Shown in pieces: positions 49,601 to 62,400 of a stretch of 64,000 nucleotides of DNA. Under the pieces are notes generated by a model. It worked only from the letters and a program-made list of their open reading frames with translations. It did not search any database and was not told where the DNA came from. Both the position numbers and the translations under genes were made by a program. The stretch comes from Lingula anatina (Eukaryota > Animalia > Brachiopoda), in the NCBI GenBank assembly GCA_051362555.1, contig CM120642.1, positions 7,812,001-7,876,000 on the forward strand, written 5' to 3'. How positions within the stretch are numbered: position 1 is the first letter of the stretch; every line of letters starts with the position of its first letter.

Positions 49601-52600
49601 ATGACATCATGTTCGATTGGAACCAATCACTAGGCGCATGCACGTACCAATGTACCCCATGTTGCGGCAAATCATCCTAGCTTCATGCCAGTTAAAGTGC
49701 GACCAGCAAATTGTCCCCCAGTTCTCATCAATCGCCAATTCAAGGCGCCCATAGTTTGGACCAGGGACCAGTCGAAATTCAGGACCTAGTATAAAAACCA
49801 AGTTGAACACCAACACGTGATTGTATCGGTGACACATTTTACAATGAAGGAGAAAATATATGTTATTAGTCAAAATAAACGATCTTGCCCAAAGAGGGTA
49901 ATATTTTCGCACGTACCGAACACAATTAGAAAAAAAGATGTAGGGTCTGCTTTCTGATTCGTTGCTTTGAATGAAAGGAATGGGTCCAATTGGTTATGGT
50001 AAATGTTTCCATGGAAAGAGTATTCTTAATGCAATCAAGAACATTTTAATATGGAGTATTTTGCGACATGAAATCCGTTATCCCTGTACATTTCAACTGA
50101 AATAAGAAAATATATAAAGAGTGCATAGAAAACTCTCCAGTGTTAAAATGTAAATGTTCCCTCTAAAAACGAACCTAAAACATGAACTAAAAGGCACGAT
50201 TAAAAAAGGGAATTCCCGACAAAAATTGATATACCTTTTTCTTGCCAGCAGTAGACAGCGGCATCACTGCATGCGCCAAGGACTGTCCAATCAGAGTGGC
50301 GGAACTGTACCAGTCGACTCCCATGGTACATGCACTGCTCGATAGATGTCTCTGCGCCAGTACAGTCCACGTGGTCAAGATACACAGGGATACTGGAATC
50401 AAACTTCTCGTTTCTTCGACCGCCGAAAAACCCCAGTTGTCTGCAAACGACATCTGCTTCCTTGTTGGTGAAGTATGTCTGACATATGGTTCCCCAGGTA
50501 TTAGTTGCGTTGTTAAATACTTCCACTCGGCCGTACCAGGTACCACCGTCTTGTAATCGTACTGTCACAGCTAAAAGTGAAATGTAATTGTAAACAGTTT
50601 CCCCATCTTTCCATTACACAAATAAATTAATCAAACACATGTCTGTGACATGCCATCATATGGAGAAATTGCAACGGTGAAACAACGAGTATGCGCTAGA
50701 GAAAAGAATACGATAGTCTTATCGTTTTGAAATTAAGCTGAAAAGCAATCGCTGCAAAAGAGAGGAATGTTTTACAGCTTACATCATGTTTTGAAACCAT
50801 GAAACATTAAAAAGTATTTATTACATATTAAAAACATTTTGCATCAAAGGGAAAATGGAGCAATAAAACATGATCGAGAGTGCTTACTGTTACTTCATGA
50901 TGAAAATTTACCAATGACATACCTTCACAAGATGTTTCATAATGAACATAGGCGGCGTTAGTGTTAAGCGCTCCTCCAGTGGCGAGGCTTCCGTATCGTA
51001 GGTAACATCTTTGGTTGCCATCGAGATAATCGATTGATTGACAGGAGGGCGTGTCCTGACACCATTGTTTACAGTCATCCAGCGTCATCTGGTCACGACT
51101 GTCCAGTAAATGTGTGGTGTAATAGCCAGTGGACGATGTCCAGAGACGAGAACAAGCTGTAAAAAGTAAAAGTTTTGCATGAGTACATGGTAGTATCTCA
51201 TGTTTTAAAATATTTGATATATTTCTTCTCCTATCTTTATCAATGAATCAATCTTCCAAAGAATTACAAGAGTTTACAAGCCTGTTTAAATCAATCACTC
51301 AATCAACCAGTCTACTCAAGCACTGTAAATATTTCTAGCAACCATATCACCAATTTGAAATTCCTATACAACTTGTGTATTCCCCATCATTCTATCCTAT
51401 GACTTCCAAAATGTTCGAGTATGCATACAGTTTAAATTATAAATATGCAATAAGCAACAATCCCTTCCCTACCTTGACACTCATGCTCGTATTTCTCCAA
51501 ACTGACACCCCCCAGTTGCACCCTCATGCCGGCAAGCCCTCTCAGCTGCATGTAGCACATGGCGTTAGCAGAGTCAAAGTACACCGCGTAACACGTGTAG
51601 TCCTTGTCACAGGCCATCTGACAATCTGCGACTGAACTGGCTGTCCTCACCATGAAATCCTTGCCGGACAGACTGCTCAGGTCGGCGGTTTTCGTCCAGA
51701 CGCTGCGCTCATATCCGACTCCACATTCTATTTAAAAGAAAAGTTAATCCCATAAAGACTGACTATATTGGAAAATTCTTATTTTGGGAAGATGGTTTCA
51801 GTAGTTGTTCTTGATAAAACATGCATTTAATGTAAGCAATCCGTGAGATATTACGATGGTACCGCACAGAAATTTGTTTTTTAATAATTCGACGTATAGT
51901 TAAATGTTCACTGTAAACGTATCGCTTTCAGCATGATATGTGCTACAGTATGTACTGGAAATATAACAAAAACTGACATATACAAAAATAAAGGTGATAA
52001 CCCGCACTATGGATTCACTGCCCAAACAAGTCTTTCGTTAATGACTGTTGGTTGGGGGTGTGGTGCAATTCTGAGGCATGTTTACGATCTGCCTGATAGA
52101 AATAATTTTTGGGAGGAAGAAAGGCGTATCTCCGAGGTGAAGAGAGGAGGTGAGTGACCATATGTACCGCTACTCCCCTGCATAGATACATGTACGCTAT
52201 GAGTTAATACAAGAAAACATAAACGTAAGGGCATATCAGCTGCTTACCTGCCACAATGGACGCGGCGAACCCCTCCGAGGTGGTGTCCCCGTCTGAGACA
52301 AATTTAACCCATAGCTTATTGCTACTGGACCTGATCAATGGGATCATGACGTCACCGCAGTACTTCCCTATGATGGCCGCATTACTGTCATGGCCGTCAC
52401 GAACCTAAAATATGTTTATGTGATACAATGTTAGACTTTTCAAAAATAAATAAATGAAAAAAAAATTAAATAATAAATGAAGATAATGTGTTTTGTACGC
52501 CATTTAAAGCGAGCATGTACGCTTCGCAGTAAATAAAAAAACACTTCTTTGTATACATCTTGTGTGCGTCTATAATTTTATGCTTTTCATGGTTTTCATA

Positions 52601-53399
52601 TGGCTTTAGTTGTTGTTTGCGCACTTGAGCTTGTGTGAATAATCAAATATTCCCCCCCAAACGTTTACATCAACATACCTCGACATAATCCTTGGTACAC
52701 GCCCCATTCGTTCCCTCCAAACTGATTCGTGCGAACTTCAAGGCCACGTGTCTCTCCTTTGGTACCCGGATGTACCAGTTATACGTCACACTGACAGGGT
52801 AGTCAGACAATGGGTAACCAGGGGAGCGAATGTCGCCCCAGCGGTACACAAACAGACGCTGGGTATTTCCTGTGATAAATGTGAGCAAGATTTTTTAACC
52901 AGAATAACATTTCACTGCACATTGGTAATTTTTAAATACTGCGTGAATAACAAAGACAACAATAGCAACAAGAATAATAATAACAATAAAAAAGGCTCCC
53001 TAAATTAAACCTATGATATCTCTAACAAATGAAATCCGTTTGAGGATCCCTTTGAAAAAAAGACTTGACCTTGCATTTTATATACCCGTATTTGTTAGTT
53101 TATTCAAAGGGCCATCGTTACTGAAATATCAGAAATCTTACCTCTCGGTTTTTTACACGTGTACTTCAAAAGGTCGCTGCACACACAGTCACTCAACATT
53201 GCGTTTGCATCATTTGAGTCGCTGAGCGTCCGTATGCAAGCACCATCGCCATTTGGCTCGTTGGACTCCCATTTCCTATTTTTAAAAAATTGGTTCAACT
53301 TGTTCTGCATACCCTGCATCATGCAATGCTATATATCGTACTGGTACATGTATAAGCATGTGACTATATATGCATATCTCAAAAATGTAAAGAAAACGC

Positions 53400-53480
<81 letters not shown>

Positions 53481-56400
53481 AAATACTTGCCACCAGTGTC
53501 TGCTAAACTTGAAGACTTTGAGCTAGGACAGTTTTTTAAGCCTATATAGGTGCAATGTCGGTCATTTGTTTGAGACACGAGAAGATTCTACGTGTATAGC
53601 TAGATTGTATTCATTTAAGCTAAAACTAAAATCAAAGAAAAAATCGGTTTCACAAGAATTGCTCGACATAAATATCAATTAATATAATGCGTGACATGCA
53701 AGGGATGCCCATATCAAGAAATCACATAAAGTTAAGTATCCGTTGTCCGAAATGGAAAATAAAGGAATGTTTTATTTTATTCATGGAAAAAATCTTTTTT
53801 TTATTTTGAGAGAGAGAGACTTGTTCAACTGATAAATGTTGGTAAAAATGGACTTTTGAACTTACAGGATAGAGTCAACCATGGCTGTGCCATCTACCCA
53901 TTGGAAGTCTCCTTTCTCGTTACCAAGGTAACTCATTCCAATATGCCACCACCCGCCGCCATTGTCCCGCATGCGCGCTTCTGCCCACAGCTTAAAAATC
54001 ACAATTATGGAAAAAATTAACAAACGAACGTTATTTGAACCTATGTTTCAAAGAGTGTGATTAATGTCTAACCAGCGCCTGACTAAAAGAGAGGCAACAT
54101 TGTGTTGTTTTACACATGAACAGCATTTATCTGAAAGACTATATGAAAGACTATATCTGTTATGCGGTGTACATCTTCTATTTACGACAAAAATAATTGA
54201 CTTCAAATCAAATGTACATAATCTTTAACCAATTATATTGCATGTATTTTAAAAAATATCCGCCATCTTTGATATTGATGTTATGAAAAATAAACGCGAA
54301 AGAAACGCGGTATGCCATTAAATCTGATATCCTTAACATCAGAAAATGGACAATGGCTATATTGTCATCATATACAGTGTATCATTATAACATCTAACGA
54401 CATATTAATTTTCCTTTAATTCGTCACGTCAAATGTCTAAGCCTACCCTCTCGACATCACTTGCATACGTCACGAGATCGGCGTTGTCATGCCAACAGTC
54501 TCTCTGAGCATCCTGGTGACTTGCTGCCTGGGTAACAAACTTGTAACATGCATTGGTAGACAGAGGGCCGGGGTAATAGCCATGTGGACAGTCCGGCAGG
54601 CGAACTGGAGAGAGAAAGAAGTGTTATGTTTCAACAGGATTGACCACCTCAAGTAGGTCTAAATGTTGTAACTTTACTGGTAATATTCAGTAGGTCTAGA
54701 TTTCAAGTAAAGATAAGTAGTTTTTCTGGCGTACAAAGGGTGACAATAGTTTTCAACGACCCTGTCTTATGATGTGGCGAACTTAGGAGGAGGGGTTATT
54801 GCATCATCTTAGTTTACATGTATATCCCTTTTCCCTACCCCTTTATAAGTACAGCAAGCAACAAAGGAAAGAAAGATAAAGAAAGAAATAGATGAAACAC
54901 TTTCAACCCCTATGTTTTATGTTTTCCATAAACGTGTCTCTGTTTTCTTCTTAAAAATTGCAGAGTGAATTGAGGATTACGCTTCTTTATCTACGCACCC
55001 GCCCCAATCCTTTTGCAAAATGCTGGATCCTCAATGTTATTTTCAATATCATACGCAAAACTTATCTTGTTTTTCCTGATCAAAGTTTCAAAAATTGTAG
55101 AAAAGAGTTAGGTAAAGGAAACAGTACGCTCATGCACAGATCAAATATTATATCACCGTACTTTTCCAATCACCAGCAATGGTAAAGCTGTTGACGGCTA
55201 CGTAAGAAATTGGTCTTGGCTGTTGGTCTTGGTGGAACAGAAACCGATTTTCTCCGTACGTTTCTCCCTGCCCCACCTCCAGTTTGTTATTGTGCCATCC
55301 GAACCAAAACGTCCTAAACTGGTTGCAGTTAACGAAGCCACTGGTGCTTGCGACAGCCCTTTGGTCTGTGCCAAGCTCTCCACGTATTGCACTCTGTGTG
55401 TTACCCCACCCGCTTATGACAATCTCGTAGATGTTCGTCTGCGAAAGCGATCACAAATATGATTGCAAATATAGACAACATTCATATACATGTTGGTGGC
55501 ATATTCAAATGAGGCAAATAACACGATTTTATGAGCGAAACATAAAGAGGTACCTGTTCCCAGAAAATTGAAGATGCCTGAACATAATCTAAGTTAAACT
55601 TTATCCTTCAGATCGATCACGTTAAAGAATATAAGGCGGCTGTGCGTGTGTCACCTCCGGCTTAGAATGACGGGCCGAGGCGAGATGCACAGTATCTGAA
55701 CTGCAGTAGAGCAGCAGGGAAACCCGAGTGTTCACCCTTAATAATGCCATAAAATGTCCTTTTACTAAAGTATGTTAAGGTACATGTATATATTAACACA
55801 TGTCCATTTTGTCATATCTGTTTTTAAACTTTAAAGTTAACTGTCATTGGTTGTGACGAGTTTAAGTGGAGGATTTCCTACCTTACAGCACATGTTATTT
55901 TTCGTACTTTGAGTCTCTTTTTGGCCGAGTTTGAAGCACTGAGGCTGATTATCCGTACAAAAAACCTACCTGTTCACCCCAAAATTCCGCCAAACCAACA
56001 TGCATGTCGTTACAAATCTTGCATTCAATGATGATGAAGTTTCTGTTTTCCACATTCATATCTAGATATTCGTAAAACCTAGGATTGTGGCCAATGGTAG
56101 AAAAGGTCAATGTTTGATCTGAAAGACAAAAAGGAATAGACACAGGATAGATAAAACATTTTGCAACTGTCCTATCCGAGCTTATTTGTGTCTGGACATA
56201 ACATTTAGTCTCTTTGCATTTTATTGGTCTGAACAAAGTTCAATTGAATTACTGTTTAACATAGATTACATGTATTTGGCTTGATTGATTTCATGAAATT
56301 GATGCAAAAATACATTTATAAAACAAGATCCCCCAAAGATTGTCCATTTTATAGATACTATTGGAATAAAATATCGCACAGGCATTTTAACCCATGTAAC

Positions 56401-59376
56401 CCTTCAGTTTATATTCCATTTTGCTCATTTGTGTCCACAAAAAAAAAAAACGATTTAAAGAAACTGGCATTTACAGTACGGGGGAGGGGGGATACAGTTA
56501 AGCAAGATGAGTGAAGAATTTTTAGTACACGCTGGGAGATGTATGGATATCATTAAGGAACACCGCAAGGCGACTCTGACTTCCATGTAAATAAAGTGCC
56601 CTAAACAACACTTACCTGCATCATGGTTGAAACAAACAGCCGAAGCAGCCTTACTACTGTACTGGGACCCGCAATAGTTCCACCCATAACCATAATGATT
56701 ACACGCACTCAGGGGGTGATCATGGCGGCTCGGGGGACGCCCACAGCCGTGGTCCATGGTGTACCTGAAGGGCCGATAGGGCGTCTCAAACTGCGTGTAC
56801 GCGTATGCCTTCCATCCAGTGTAGCCCAATTCTTGGCAGAGTCGCTGGGCATGCGTGCTGTCCCAGTACGTTCGGCAAACTGACCCCCAATGACCGGCGA
56901 TAGCCGCCTCAACCGGACCGAAGTTGACGCCTTTCCCGCCGAACCGAAAGCTGACGTCGTCTGCAACAAAACATTTTTGTGCGTAAGCCCAAATCTTATT
57001 ATTTCACTTGGCGATTTTCAATACTACATCTTAAACGGAAAATAACATAACTGGTTGTACATGTAATTATTTGACCCATTTTCATAATAATTTATTCTCA
57101 GTATAACAATAACAATAATCATCAATTTTATCCAGTCAGTAATTAAACATGTACATCAAACAACTGGAAATAATTTCAGTTTTCCCACAGAGTAGAATGA
57201 CAAGGGGTGTATTACAAAAAAAGTTAAAAGTTAAAGATTGGGGCTTTCCATGCTTACAGTTTCATAAAAAAGAAATACGACAAATGGATAAAAACATTTT
57301 TTTAAAGAACCTTAAGAAATAATTAGATATAATGAGGCTACGAAAAAATATCAATAAATTTTAGACAACGGCTAATAGAGGCCACAGGCTTAAACTCACC
57401 TCGCTTCTTCTCGCATACAAAATTACGCGTGACTCCCGTGCATGCTATCACGTGAAGCAGGTTTGTTGTGCGCGCTTCGACACAATGCGTCGCTCCAGTT
57501 GGCTCCCCACTACCCCATGGGCTGAAGAAAATTTAAAGTTTTAGATAAAAAGACATGTTTTCTTGCTGCAGTAGTATTTTTGTACACATTATGTCAGTAC
57601 ACTGCGTAGTAAAGTCGGCGGGATGTCACACTGGAATAACTGTTCTACATGTATCTATTTGACTTTTAAGTTGAACATTGCGTAAAATAAACCAGGTTCA
57701 GCATTAGAAAATGCGGGCCCTCACATTGTATTGGCCAGCCAGTTGGCCGTCCCGTCCAGCCATATGAAGTAGCCATGGTGGTCCTGGTCACTCAGACCGA
57801 TCATGTAACCACTGTTAGCTGTGGCCAGCATGGTGGACATCACCCAGGTCTAGATAATCAGAATAAAAACATATAAAATAAAAGTTTCTCACCGCATTCA
57901 ATTTAGGTATATCATTACACAGAGACATTCATCTTCTGTTTTCAATCACGTATCAGTTAACATTATTTCATTCATTCTGCTGTAACTTTATTCGTATTTA
58001 AAAAAAGCTTTGGCGATTTGAAGGCTACTAAAACACAGAATAAAACACTTCCGCCAAAGAAGACTCCTTAACTCCGAAACATGGAATGTTGTTAAAATAT
58101 CTTGACACTGCACAAGCTGGTGTCGTTTCTTTCCACTTTTATTAAAATTTAACTTATGTCATATTGAACCCAGAGTGACAAGCACCGACCTTTTCTTCTT
58201 CAGAGCCAAATGACACCAGCTCCGCGTTGAGGTTGTTACAGTGGTCGTGTGCTTGTGTCCAGTCCTTAGGTCCCGTAGTATGGAACAGGTAACACGTGTT
58301 GTTGAATACTTTCCAGCCAGCTGGACATGCGTCCAAAACTAACAGAAAACATAATAATATAAAAATTGAGTAGCAGGACGAAAGCATATTTAAAATGAGA
58401 AGAAAATTAACCTTTTATTAACTGTGCAAATGGTTATGTAAGCTGCATGATTTTAAGCGCAGAGTCCCATCTGAAATTTCTACCGGGGCTGCAATCGACC
58501 GACAAATGTAGTTTCAGGTAAAATATTTGATATTCATTGTATTTCTGCGATCTGGATTTCAGCTAAATTCTCAAATGGGATCATGTGTTTCCACCAATTC
58601 AACAAATCAGTTAATTTTATTTTATATTATGATTTTAGGGGTGGCTGGGAGTGGGGTTACATGTGCAACATTCCTACATCAGAAATCCTCACCTTGTGTA
58701 TCTTGCGTACAATACGCGACTGCTGAACGCGTGGTATCCGTGCACCGGCTAGTGGCACCAAAAGACCCCACACACTGGGACAAACTGCCCTCAGTTCCTG
58801 CACAACTGAAGTCCTTGACGAACGTCGGCCACGGCGCCTGCTTCCAGGAACTGGCATACCCCGTGGAGAACCCTTTCTCCTTACAAAACACCTTGGCTTG
58901 GTTGTCGTCCCAGTTGTCGACGCATGTCTTTCCCCACCGTCCAAACTTGTGAGCCTCTGCGCGGCCGTAATAGCTGCTTGTCAGTCTGTAGGCAGTGGCT
59001 TAAATGGAATAGAAAACGTATATGAAATCAGCCTAGCTACAGCCAATATCATAGCAACATAACAGTTACGAGCAATCAGCATATTATTATGTACATTGCC
59101 TCCAACTGAACTTATCGTACTTTTTATTACAATATGTACGCTTTTACAACAGGAAATACGTTATCGTGACGAACTTTATGCAATTTCTATGATACAATTT
59201 TAAGACGTGGATGGTAAGATTTCCGGCGTTAATATTCCTCTTTACACAATCTCATCATACCCAAACCCACATGCATCAACATGAATAAAGGTCGAAGATC
59301 TTCATACACTTTCACAAACATGAACATCTCTAAACTTAGAATGCATCAAAAAACACGCACGCACGAACACGCTCAT

Positions 59377-59418
<42 letters not shown>

Positions 59419-62400
59419 ACACTAAAGACACAGGCTCTCATACGCACAAACACTACAGATCAGGGAAGCCAAAATTTAAGATCATTGATCAGGGCATGAC
59501 TTACTGTCATCCGTGTCATAGCATATCACCCCAGCGTCTTGTTTGTGGTCACACGTCACCCCGTGTCCACCCCACGCACTAACAGAGCAGGCAGTGAGTG
59601 ACCCCTCTGTCCCTCCACACTGGACATCCTTCAGCCATATTGGACTGTCCAAACTGTTGGAGATCTGACCAGTGAACACTGGGTAGCCATGTTGGTAGCC
59701 GGCCATTTTGCAAGCCACCGTGGCATCTTCCACGGTCCAGTTGTCGTCGCAGATGGTGCCGGGGACGTTGTAGTAGGTAATTAAGACTGTTCCGTAGTTG
59801 TTACTGGTTTGCAGGCTCACTGTGCTCGCTGAAATGGTTCAATATAAAGAAACGTGTGTCTTTTACAAGTTCTTATGCTATGTTTTTTTTATTCATTATG
59901 TTTTATATGGAGATTCTTCTATTTGCATGACTTATTAAGTTACTTTTTGTACTTCTTATGCATACCAAAATATTTTATTTAATTCGGATGTAAGGTGTAT
60001 ATAAGCCACAATACTTAAGTTGTTATATCGAGTTGATTATCTGTTTAAGAGTGCACTACTGCTCATTCTATACATAAATGGACTGACAATAATCGTTAAA
60101 TAAAAAAGTTTAATAAGTGATGATAGATGATAATGTCACAATGCAAAACCGAAATTTAAAAAAAAAATGGAAGCTTACTGTAAGTTATGCTATTTTTGTA
60201 GCAAACAACTGACGCCGCCCTGTCAATCCCTCCGCTGCATGTTGTTGAATGAGAACACGCCCCCAGGGAGCTTTCACTGCCCGTACACGCCAAATCACCG
60301 TACGTGAAAGACGTATAGCCGTGGAAGGTTTTACAGCAGAAAGCCTTTCCGCCGTCATAGCCTCTTTCCTTGCAGATTACGTTGGCCTCGTTATCGTCAA
60401 AGCTGGTGTCACAGATGCTGTTGAGAGTGGTGCCGACGTACTGCATGACGCGGCCGTACCAACCGTGGGACAGCAAACCTAAAAGTATACACATAGTGTT
60501 TGAGTTAAATGAAAGGCCAAGTTTCTATGTGATATTTGTCATTTTATCAGTATCATTACATAATTTTTGATTGTACTTTTTCTTGTAGAAAAAAGTTTGG
60601 CAAAGTAATTGACAATTTCAATTACAAAGCTACATGTATATTGCAAAAACAAGTTCACTTAAAATACATTCAAACTTACTTAGACGTTAATGAAAAACTT
60701 AAATAAACAAACAAACAAATAAATAAGAACACACTTACTGGATGTCGATCCATAGCAAAACACCGCCGCATCACTGGCGTGCGTAGCGCTGGTGTGACCG
60801 CCCCATATTTTAGGCGGACATTCTTCCAGAGAGTTCTCATTTCCTGTGCAGGACAACCCCGAGAGCCAGATTTCCCCAGAGCCAACGCCGTACATGTCTG
60901 CGCTGTGGAAGCTGCCTATACCGCCGGTGTAGCCAAGAGAGCGACAAAGCACGTCCGCCTCCTCCTTGCCGAAGCCGTCCACAGAGGCCGTACCCCAGGA
61001 GCCCTGGTATAGGGTTTCCACGCGGCCATAATGGGGACCGGGAACAAGGCGATAGGACGGCGCTGAAAGACAGTGAACATGATTCGTCATGTGGTTGACA
61101 AAACAACTACCCAGTACATGTATCGACGCAAGACTTTGAACAACCTTGCTTTTGGTGAACAAATATGTCCATACTCGGAAATTGGTTATTCAGTGACCTT
61201 AATGTTGGCCACCACCCTCATGTAACGTCATTCAATCACGCCCATTAACATGCACTAGTATTTGCGCTTAGGCAGGGTGACTTAAAATACCGAAAACGTC
61301 ATCAGACATCAACGAGTCTGGAAGATGGTCAATACTATAGGTATTCTGTACGCATTTTGATAATAAGTTTGTTTGTTTGTTTGTTTGTTTGTTTTTTGAC
61401 TATGTTTCCTGCAAATATCTTAAAAACTATCCTTCTGAAATGTATAGGAGGGCATGGCAATCTAAATGACTGACCAGTCTAAGAAATAAATCACCAAAGT
61501 AAACGTGGAATAAAACATAGAACCCAAGTTCTCAGACAGATCGGGCAATGATTCGCGAGAACAGAACAGAAAATTGCCTTTTTGTACGAGGAAAATTTGT
61601 TTTGGAGACTAAATCCCGTATAGATTACCTTTAATTCTTCACGCATAAACTAAAAAGTGCATCTCGGGTCTCACCTGTTTCACAACGTGTCCCTGCATAT
61701 GGCACTGGGCATGCGCAACTGTAGCTGTTGACCAAATCGACACACGTGCCGCCATTTTGACAGGGGTATGAACTACACTCGTTGATATCTAATTATGATA
61801 AGTAGATAAAAAGATATATTTAAACAAAAATTATTTAAACAACAGAGATACCAAAATGTAAAGAACTACAAAAATTATCACACCAATTACCAAATGAAAT
61901 ACCTGTTCATTTTGTATTAGAAAGGTTACATGCAGCTCGGTTGTAATATATTTGAAAACAAATAGATTCTTGATAGAAATGTTATGTAGAAATATTCCAA
62001 CTAATTTTAGTAATAAATGATTTATAGTGCGAAGCCCTAGTGGCTCTAAGTTATCACAAATGGAACACTGATGTATTGTATTGCATTGCTATTGAATTCA
62101 GTCTGCTCATACTGAATATCTACGTGTACATGGACATGTATTTACTCGAAATTAACCTACAGTAGGAGTTTTGTCCTATTCACGCGTATAGGACTGATCT
62201 TATATAAACGGGTTATTGTAAGAAACTAAGTATCTTAATAGGACCTTCCGATTTAATAAACAAGATCGCAAATGGACAAAATGCATTGTCTTGCCTGGTT
62301 TTCGGGCAAAATAAAAATCAATCTCTGTGTACTGTTTTTCTCTATGAACTCACAAGTGCATTGATCGGACATTGGGAATTGATTACAGTTTTTGAAATTG

